64,000 bases of DNA from the human T2T-CHM13v2.0 reference genome, Homo sapiens. The notes under the pieces were generated by a model. That model searched no databases, had not been told where the DNA came from, and worked only from the letters and a program-made list of their open reading frames with translations. The translations under genes were made by a program, and so were the position numbers. Where the stretch lies: the NCBI RefSeq assembly GCF_009914755.1, contig NC_060936.1; one strand, given 5' to 3'. Below are positions 55,100-64,000 of this stretch, piece after piece (positions within the stretch are counted from its first letter, which is position 1; each line of letters starts with the position of its first letter).

Positions 55100-55310
55100 T
55101 CCAGAACTGTGTTCACTTGATGGCCACTAGTCACAAGTGGCTTTTCCAATTTAAATTAGTTACAATTAATTAAAAATTCAGTTTCTCAGTTGCACCAGCC
55201 ATATTTCAAGTGCTCAGTAGCCATGTGTAGCTAGTGGCTACTGCCTCGGACAGGGCAGCTACTGAATATTTCCATTGTCACAAAAGTTCTGCTGGACAGC
55301 ACCATTCTAG
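55100..55310. mobile_element. MER3/MER33-like MITE
   Basis: gtagctagtggctac...ggacagc motifs. Confidence 0.65.
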
Positions 55311-56164
55311 AAAATGCATATTTACTGTCATGAGGCAGTACTGAAAATCAGACTTTGTGCTATAGCCTGGTTGATGCAACTCTTTGATGATAAAAAATGT
55401 ATTATAATTTCTTGGTCCACTCACTTCATCTTATATGTAAAACTTCATAAGAAGCGTTACTTTTTATAACCAAGTGTCATGAGCAAGAGACAACTATGAC
55501 ATTTGCTCCTCTCTCCCCCATCTCTTTCTGCAACCTCCTTGCAAAGTACTATTCTAACTCTCAACCTTGCTGGAGCTCTCAGGCCTGCCTAAGCTTCCCC
55601 CAGGTTTGGGGAAGGAGCGAGGCCTAGGAATGGGTAACAATGCCCGATGCACACATGACCTGGCAATGGAAAAGACACAGAAAGTTCATAATTATCTTTT
55701 AGGCTTCATAAGGACAACTCTGCATTCTAATAGTGGCATCAAAATGACCACATCTGAGCCATGTGCCTGTTTATATATTTACATTAGATTGAATCACATA
55801 AATTAACTGATATTTGACCACTTTAAAACTGCAAAGGTGGCAATTTTATATTGGTCAGCCTAGTACATGATGTCCACAAAGACAAAAAACAGGATAAACT
55901 AATTTTTACTCAGCACTAATTATATTTTAAAATAATGTAGTCAATAGATCCTTCTTTAATCTCTAGACACTTTCCCAAGGGAAGTACTTCCTAATTTAAA
56001 GCAATGGGTTCACCTGGTAAAGAGTGCAGTAGACATACTATTTTCTCTATTTCCAGACTTCTTGGACACTTTTGAGTATATTTGTTGTACTTTTTCTAAT
56101 TAACAACTATACCCATTATTTTAGCTGCAGATATACTCCATCTGAAAACATATTGAGCACATTG

Positions 56165-56517
56165 CAGTTGTTTGTCACTTAATGACAAAGATACCTTCTG
56201 AGAAAGGCGTCATTAGGTGATTTTCCTTTTGGCAAACATCATAGGATATAGCCACATAAACCTAGATGAAATAGTTTACTACTACACACCTAGACTATAT
56301 GATATAGCCTATGGATTCGAGACCACAAACCTGTACAGCATATTAGTGTACTGAATACTGTAGGCAATGGTAACGCAGTGGTATTTGTGTATCTAGACAT
56401 ACTGAAACACAAAAAAGATGTAGTAAAAACACGGTATTATAATCTTATGAGACCATGAGACATCATCATATATATGATCCATCTTGGACCAAAATGATGT
56501 CATGTGGCACATGACTG
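56165..56517 (+). mobile_element. Tigger3a-like (TcMar-Tigger) MITE
   Basis: cagt...atgactg termini with trailing TA; internal aaacctgtacagcat and tactgaatactgtaggca motifs. Confidence 0.8.
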
Positions 56518-56879
56518 TATTTGAAAATGTAACTATTTAACATATGATTAAAAATATTTAAAATTATCGTTTTACTCTTTTAAAGTAAGTTCATTCTATG
56601 TTTCCCAGCTAGATACTACTGGACACCCTAGAATATCATTAAGATCAGAGCTTGGGCAATTTGGCTCTGAAAAATATCGTGCTTGAATTCACCACCTACC
56701 AGATCAAAGCTGTCAGCTGCAGGGTAATTATCCCATTAACCCCTCCCATTTGTGTAATCGTAGGTCATCTTTTTTGTGTGTGTTTCCAAGAGTGATCAGT
56801 TTCCACTTAACAGTAAAACCCGTTAGGACTTTGTTCAAATTTTAATCACTACACTGCTATTTTATCAGTGCAGAGACTG

Positions 56880-57585
56880 AAAATCAGTTAGCTAAGCAAG
56901 GGTGGTTCTTTAAAAACATGTTGGATCATGGCATTTCTCTGCTCAAAGTCCTCCAAAAACCCTGACTCATTTGGCATAAAAGCCCAAGTCCCTACAAACT
57001 CCTTGAAGGCTGCATGATCTGACCCTGCACCCTCTCTGACCCTAGCTTCTCCCATTTCCTTTTCTTTGCTCTCTCCTTGCCACGCTGCCTCCTCACTTTA
57101 AACAACAGGCGTGCTCAAACCTTAGGGCCTCTGCACGTGCTTGTGCTCTTTCCCTATTTCGCCACATGGCTCACTCCTTCAGGTCTCTTCTCAAATACTA
57201 CTTTGTAACTGAGGCCTTTCCTAACCACCTGAATTTAAAACTTTAGCCCTTATTGCCTGGCATTCCAATCTTCTTTCTCTTTTTTCTCCTTAGCACTTAT
57301 CACCAGCTAATATATTTTATACATATACATATGCACATATGCATGCATTAAACATTCATGTATGTATGTTTGTATTAATATATCAACTCCTCCTCCTCCT
57401 TGTATTAATATATCTCCTCCTCCTCCTCCTTGTATTAATATATCTCCTCCTACTAGCACCATAAGAACAGGAATTTTTGTCTTCTTGGTTCATTACTGTA
57501 TTCCCAGTGCCTAGCAGGGGATATGACACATAGGATGTTCGCCATAAATGCTTATAAAATGAATGGATGAATGAATAAATGAATG
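56880..57585 (+). mobile_element. L2 3' region
   Basis: L2 3' end with (AATG)n tail; boundaries approximate. Confidence 0.65.
57371..57451. repeat. 30-bp tandem repeat, ~2.7 copies
   Basis: tgtattaatatatc(tcc)n units starting at 57371, 57401 and 57431. Confidence 0.95.
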
Positions 57586-58173
57586 ATGGCGAATCGTTCA
57601 TTGCATTAGTTACAGATAATAGTCCCCCAAAGGTCATTTTCAATCTTTGGGAAGACTCACCCAAAGGTAGTGTTTTTCCTTTGGAAAAACAAAACAAAGC
57701 AAAACAAACAAGTTTGCTTTCCAGTAAAAAATTAGGGAGAAAAGGTATATTAGACATAAGAAATAGGAAGTAATATTCTAAGTAACACTTTAATCTTGAC
57801 AGTGAGTTAAACTGGGAAGAAATTAAGCTATACTGAGCTACTGAGCTTGAACAACGATTTAGTTCCCATAAACAGATTTTACCTGCTGTGGGATACTTCC
57901 ATTAGGTACATATGATTTTCTTCATGGTTAGAAAAATCATAAAATCTAATTTATACAGATTTATTTTTAAAATAGCTTCAGGATATTCAGTATCTAGATA
58001 ATGCAAAATGAACATAAACTGAGCTATTTCACTTTTAAACTGCCATACTTTTGATATTCAAATGATTTCAAAAAGGAAATTAACAATAGTTCCTCAATCC
58101 TTTAAGAAAGAAGACAGAGAGAGAAAACACAGGGGGAAAGCCCGGTCCACATGGGAGTGAATTATTCTCCTAC

Positions 58174-58251
58174 CTTGATGTGTTGGATGCCACCCATGTT
58201 CATCCAGGCCTGTGCTTGGTCTGGGTTTAGTTGCACAGCCACTCTATAGCT
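58174..58251 (-). CDS. TMTC1: TMTC1 penultimate coding exon (SYRVAVQLNPDQAQAWMNMGGIQHIK)
   Basis: TAG acceptor, GTAGG donor; 78 nt, phase 0. Confidence 0.95.
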
Positions 58252-60609
58252 CTAAATAAATAAGAAATATCCTCAGGTTAGGAAACAAACCTCCAAACTC
58301 CAGGATTGCAGAAACCACTTTCTTCACGTGTGAAAATTTAAAGTAGTAATACAATGAAACCAGCCGCTACTAGTTCACAGGAGACCCTGCTTATTTCTAT
58401 TATTTTTCAAAGTTGATGATTCTAAAGTGGAGGAAACTGAAATGTATAATTTCCCTGCAGAGCTGACCTTTGGACTTAGAGAGACTGAGGATGCCTGCAG
58501 GGAATTCAGGTGATTTCTATTATATCACATCATTTTTAACTGGCCTTGACCTGCAAGAAAATTGTACTTTCTGGCCTTTTTTCACTGCAAATGGAATTGG
58601 TAAGAAAATTCTTTTTATAATAACAGAATTTTGGAGTAGTCTTCTGAACAGTTTAACCCTAATGCAGTATCCCCTTTTACAATATAACTGACCTAGTCGT
58701 TCAGCCTATGCTGAAATTCTTAAAGTGGATCACCGCCTCTTTAAGAACATCTACTTTACTAGGGGATAGTTTTATTCATTAGACAGTCTTTTTTCCCCTG
58801 CCACATGAAAAGTCTTCAAATGTTTAAAGAGAGTTACTTATCCCTCAAGCACTTTCTTTGGTCTGAATAACATGTATCCTATTAAATGTAGTATCAGTGA
58901 TGTGTGGTATATTTTTAACATTATGCATGTTTTGTATCAAAGGTGTGCTCACCACTGAGTCTCAAGTGGTCACCTGAAATAAAGCCACAGGTTAAGGGTA
59001 TTGCCTTTAATTACAAAGCTAAGTATTTGTGCACATATTTTAATGTTCCTTGCTATTTTCATTAGCAAGAATATGACCAAACAGGTCCATCAAATAAAAT
59101 CTGGTCCATTCTCCTCTACTTCAGTTTTAGGGGAAAGAAAGAAATGTTATGAAACTATACCTTCAAAAAGCTGCTAAAATAAACCAAAAGGGTGTGTCTC
59201 TTGGATTAATTTATATCAGTGAAGATGGGAATGTAGTGTAGGAGACCTGGATTCAAACCCTGACACCGTCTCTTACCCACTTCTGTGACTTTGAGCAAGA
59301 TATGACCTTTAAGCCTGAGTTTACAAAACTATAAAATGATGATAATGACCATGCCTTTCTTATAGGATTCTTGTGAAGATTAAGTTACATAATACATATG
59401 AATCATGCACAGAGTGATAATACATTTCAGCTGTTATTATGAATCAATGGCCATATATATATATATATACACACACACACATACATATTCACAATTAAGT
59501 TATTAATAATGTTCACATTCGTTATAAATAACTTAAGAATGACGATATTGAAAATGTTGAAAAGGCAGAGAAAATCCTACAAATTCTGAGAAAAATGCCA
59601 CAATTTCTGTTTTTGATTAAAGGATTCACATTCAAATGAGCTTTCCCAAATATCTTTCCATGTGTTTTCCAATATTTAAAAATCCACTCACTTATTTCCC
59701 AACACAATTGTATCATTTGAGATTTTACTTTTCCTATAATATATTTAGTATAATTTTATGACTTCAATAATTTGTGGCTTTACCAGATATAAGGAGAAAG
59801 TATGTAACATTGTAACATTTCTATTTCTACTTATGTCTTCTTGAGTTCAACCTGTGAATAAGTTTTATTCCAAAACCATAGATACTGAACACCTTGTAAG
59901 ATGCAAAACATTGTTTTAGAACAGAGAAGGATGCAGTCCCTCTCTACAAGGAAAGTCCAATCTAACTGGGGAGATAAACTATGCAAGGATTTGTGCGTGC
60001 CTGCACACACAGAGACACACACACACACATACGGGGGTTAGGGGACGGACCTAATAATACAATGTAATATGTGACACTTTCAAACGACTGGTACCTTCAT
60101 GAGACAGTCCATGCTTTTTAAGAGTTCAGAAGAAGTAAGGTCACAGGGAATAAGGACGGTTAGGGAGGGCTTCCTAAGGCAGGAGGACAAAGACTGTATC
60201 TTGGTGGATGAGTGGAAATCTCATCCTCCAAGTCAAGAGAGGGCATTTCAAGGACATGTGGGAATGTCCAAGGCTTTTCAGGTACTAGTCCAGCTGGAAT
60301 AGAAGGTCTTGCAGGCAGAGACACAGACAGAGAGAAGCTAGTTTGAGGCCAAAATGTGGAATGCTGTCAACATCAAATTAAACATGATTATTCAGAAAAA
60401 TAAATGCGCAACTCTGATTCAGTCAAGGGCCAGATGCTCAATGATAAAAAATAAACAAAACTTCGTCAATTAGTTAAAAAAAACTCACTCACTCCATAAA
60501 CATACATGCCAGTGATCTTAGATCTTACTGTACATGTTTCCTTAAAGATCAAAAGACAATTAATTTTAATCTGTGAATTTGATGATATAATTTTATGATG
60601 AGTTTATAC

Positions 60610-60732
60610 CTCAAAAGCTTTGTCGAGAAGGTTCTGCTCTCTTAATTGGTTTCCTTTTGTGAAAAAAAGTTCAGAAATGACTTTTGGGTCCTTTGGTTTC
60701 AGCTGGAGAGCCTTGTCTATAGCATCAAGTGC
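60610..60732 (-). CDS. TMTC1: TMTC1 coding exon (ALDAIDKALQLKPKDP...NLLDKAFE)
   Basis: CAG acceptor, GTATA donor; 123 nt, phase 0; TPR-like. Confidence 0.95.
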
Positions 60733-60864
60733 CTGCAGAGGTTGGAAATTAAGACAGAATAAATGCAGATTAGGTAAAGAAAAACTTATTTAACTGATCA
60801 AATTTATACTTTTTGTTCCTATGTGTCAGCAGGTATGGTATGTGACAATCAAAATACAATTCTT

Positions 60865-61145
60865 GGTCAGGCGTGGTGGCTAATGGCTGTAATCCTAGTA
60901 CTTTGGGAGGTTGAAGTGGGCAGATTGCCCAGTAGCTCGAGATCAGTCTGGGCAACATGGTGAAACCCTGTCTCTACAAAAAAATACAAAAATTAGCCAG
61001 GTGTGGTGGTGCACACCTGTAATCCCGGCTACTGGGGGGGCTGAGATGGGAGGATCTCTTGAGCCCTGGGAGGTGGACCTTGTAGTGAGGTGAGATCATG
61101 CCACTGCACTCCAGCCTGGGCAACAGAGGAAGACCTTGTCTCAAA
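60865..61145 (+). mobile_element. AluJ-type element
   Basis: Diverged Alu dimer. Confidence 0.88.
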
Positions 61146-62477
61146 TATATACACATTCTTCATTATCTTTGATTTTCTCACTGGGAATTAGTGGCCCTGA
61201 CAAAATAACTTTCTTACACTCCAGTTTTCCCACGTATCGATGAGTGGCAATAAAATATCCTTGATTACTTTACAGGGAGGTGGTGTGATACAGTTGAAAG
61301 AAAACAAGATTTGGCATCAGACGTTTTCCCTGACCATGTGTTCATCTGGACCACCCCACCAGCCCCTCTCAGGTCCTAGTGACCATTCTGCCCCCAGCAC
61401 CCACTGACCCCACTGCAGCCAAAGATCCCTTCAAAGCAAATATCTGATCATGTTCCTCCTCTCCACAAAAACCCAAAGCTTCTCCCACGGTAAGGAACAA
61501 AACCCTTGGCCTGGCCCCAAGGAGTCTCCTCCCAGCAGCCTGTGCTTGCGTTCCTACGGTGCTCCCGCTCCCTCACTCCCATTCCTCAGAGAGGCCCCTC
61601 ACTGCTGCCACAGGGCTTTGCATGTGCGTTTCCCTGCCCAGAATCCTCCTTGCTTCTTCCTCTGCCTAACAACTCTTATTCTTCATCCAGCCCTCACCTC
61701 CACATCACTTTACAGGGAGACCTGGCCTCCCAGACTCATCGGGTCCCCTGATTATATGCTCTTTGGGAGAGGTAGCGCTTCATGATATTCCTGGGCACAG
61801 CTATCACTCTACATTTGTTTTGTGAGTACCTGTTTAATCTCCTTCTCTATGGGTTAGCTCCATGAAGACAAGGGCAGTGACTTTTTTTTTTTTTTTTTCA
61901 TACCACTTTATTTCTGATGCCTACTACAGTGGCCAGGACATAGTGGGCCTTCAACAATTACTTCATTGAGTCAGTTTATAAATTTACTGATTATGTGACT
62001 TTTAAAATGGAGATAATAACAGTTGTGACATTGGGTCACCCTGTGTTTCCTTCTTATATATTGTTTCATGTAATCTTCCTATATATTCCTCTTCTATATT
62101 GTTTTATGTAATCCTCATAACAACCCTGTAAAGCATGGTTGTTATGAGGATTACATAAAACAATATATAAGAAGGAAAATACAAAATAATAAAGCATATA
62201 AATGTTGGTCTTGATCTTTATAGACTTAGCTGAAAACAAACTAAGACAATACCACATAAAAGCTTTACACCAAAGATAAGCCAAGAAAAATATTATTACA
62301 AGGGGACATCTTAGGTGTTAAGGGGATATCTGTGAAAAGTTTCCAAGAGATAGGATATGCTGACGGATAAGATTTAAGATTTCCCAGGCTTATAAACACG
62401 CAAACTGGAGAATCACTTAGGTGCACCCCATGTTTAACCTATGAATCCAAAGAACTCTAAACAATGTCCTTCTTTAC

Positions 62478-62615
62478 CTTGTCGTGGTTCTCCTGCTTGC
62501 TATAGATGGCTGACAAGAGGCGATAGCATTCAAGGCATCCGGTCTCCTCTGACACAATGTGATTGGTCATCTTTTCAGCTTCTTTTGTCTGACCCATCAC
62601 GGCCAAAACCTGAGC
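62478..62615 (-). CDS. TMTC1: TMTC1 coding exon (AQVLAVMGQTKEAEKM...YSKQENHDK)
   Basis: TAG acceptor, GTAAA donor; 138 nt, phase 0; TPR-like. Confidence 0.95.
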
Positions 62616-63555
62616 CTACAAAACCACATGGACCTTGGCTTAGCAGAGACTTCATTACCTTATCAAATAAAGCATCCCTGAATAGAAGCATTCAGAACGC
62701 ACTCCTGACAAACATGCTCAGCATCAATTTAGTGACTCATAGAGAAGGCTGAATCACCAGTTTTCAGGTTTTGACTTTTTGCTGTTTGTTTCTTTATTTA
62801 GTTTTGTGCATGCATTTGTGAGTGAGTGGCAGAAACACTAAATATATCCAGTGAAATGGCTTGTGGCTTTTAAAAAAGGTTGACCAAATAAGTCAGAAGA
62901 GAAAGAATTTCCTCTGATTTCATCAGAACAGTGTGTTTACAGCAAGATAACAAATTTGATTTATTGCACATCTAAGGAAAAGGATGAGTGAAGTTCCAAA
63001 CACTGAAATAAAAATTTTGTTGGTATGAATGTTAATTTTCCTGAGTCTAATAAATACACTGTGGTTATGTTAGAGAATGTCCTTCTTAGAAACTATTTGC
63101 AAAGGTATTTAGAGATAAAGGGGAATGATATATACAACTAATTCCCACATGGTTCAGGAAAAAAATAACACACACTAATAATAGGTATATACAAACATAC
63201 ATATCTAAATATGCACACATATACATGTAGGTACATATACATCTACATATGCATACACAATGGAGTGATAAATGAATCAAAATGTTACAAATCATTGGAG
63301 CTGGATGAAAGGGTATATGTAAATTTTTTACTATTCTTGCAACACTTTCATAAGTTTGAAGTTATTTCAAAACAAAAATGCAGTATTTTTGGTGTCCATG
63401 TCTTTAGAGAATGGCTCTAACATTAGCTGTATGAATATTCATACAGTGGATATATTACGGCATTCCAGCTCCAGTTTTGAGGCGTGAGGACTACAGCTCT
63501 CTCTATGGCTGCCTGTGCTTAGGTTGCCAGCTTCATTTTCTTTCATCCTACTCAC

Positions 63556-63700
63556 CAGTGCCAAGCGGAGCTCCCTCTGAGAAGGCTGAAGTGCTGCAGC
63601 TTCCTGGTAAATCTGCAAAGCCTCTTCGTATCGGCCAGTGTTGTAATACAGTGCTCCCAAAGGTGACAATATCTCAGCTTTGTGTGCCACCTGCAGGGCG
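63556..63700 (-). CDS. TMTC1: TMTC1 coding exon (TPR: ALQVAHKAEILSPLGALYYNTGRYEEALQIYQEAAALQPSQRELRLAL)
   Basis: TPR pattern LG..Y...G..EEA...Y..A..L.P; CAG acceptor, GTGAG donor; 145 nt. Confidence 0.95.
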
Positions 63701-63847
63701 CTGAGTTTGGAGAAAATCTAAATGACATTTCTCTTCTAATAGGTACATTTCCAAATGTCTAGGCTTAGATTTAGGGAAGACGGTCCATGGTTTGAACCTC
63801 TGCTCCAATACGGTCTTTGTTTTTATATCAATAACAAGGTTTTTGGC

Positions 63848-64000
63848 TTTTTCTTTTTTTTTGAGACAGAGTCTCACTCTGTCACCCAGGCTGGAGTGCA
63901 GTGGCACAATCTTGGCTCATGCAACCTCCACCTCCCAGGTTCAAGTGATTCTCCTGCCTCAGCCTCCGGAGTAGCAGGGATTACAGGTGCCCGCCATCAT
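63848..64000 (-). mobile_element. Alu right arm, cut by the window edge
   Basis: poly-T followed by gagacagagtctcactctgtcacccaggctgg. Confidence 0.92.

Noticed and set aside
57371-57451. CRISPR-like periodicity and the Arg-rich ORF 57383-57757
   Set aside because: Units are directly tandem with no unique spacers, the context is eukaryotic with no cas genes, and the RRRR run is just (GGA)n

Overview
Human-type (primate) genomic DNA that I recognise from the translated exons as the OVCH1/TMTC1 locus. On the minus strand are the last five coding exons of TMTC1 (TPR repeats, stop at 52977-52979) and a ~6 kb 3'UTR. About 3 kb further on, on the same strand, are the first 21 coding exons of OVCH1 (ovochymase-1): signal peptide, protease domain 1, CUB1, CUB2, protease domain 2 and a Pro-rich linker; the gene continues past the left edge. 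All exons were rebuilt by hand with GT-AG boundaries and consistent phases. The plus strand has candidate exons of an antisense transcript (OVCH1-AS1-like). The rest is typical Alu, L1, L2, MIR, LTR and DNA-transposon sequence; subfamily names are from memory, not a RepeatMasker run. I see no convincing new biological system. The best leads are: an in-frame splice acceptor upstream of the OVCH1 ATG that could allow a TMTC1-OVCH1 read-through fusion; an L1 3' transduction; a poly(A)-tailed, TSD-flanked retrocopy of an LTR R-region; an MLT2A LTR oriented to drive antisense transcription; a stop-free 108-nt intron; a degenerate first protease domain; and four fold-back (inverted) duplications.
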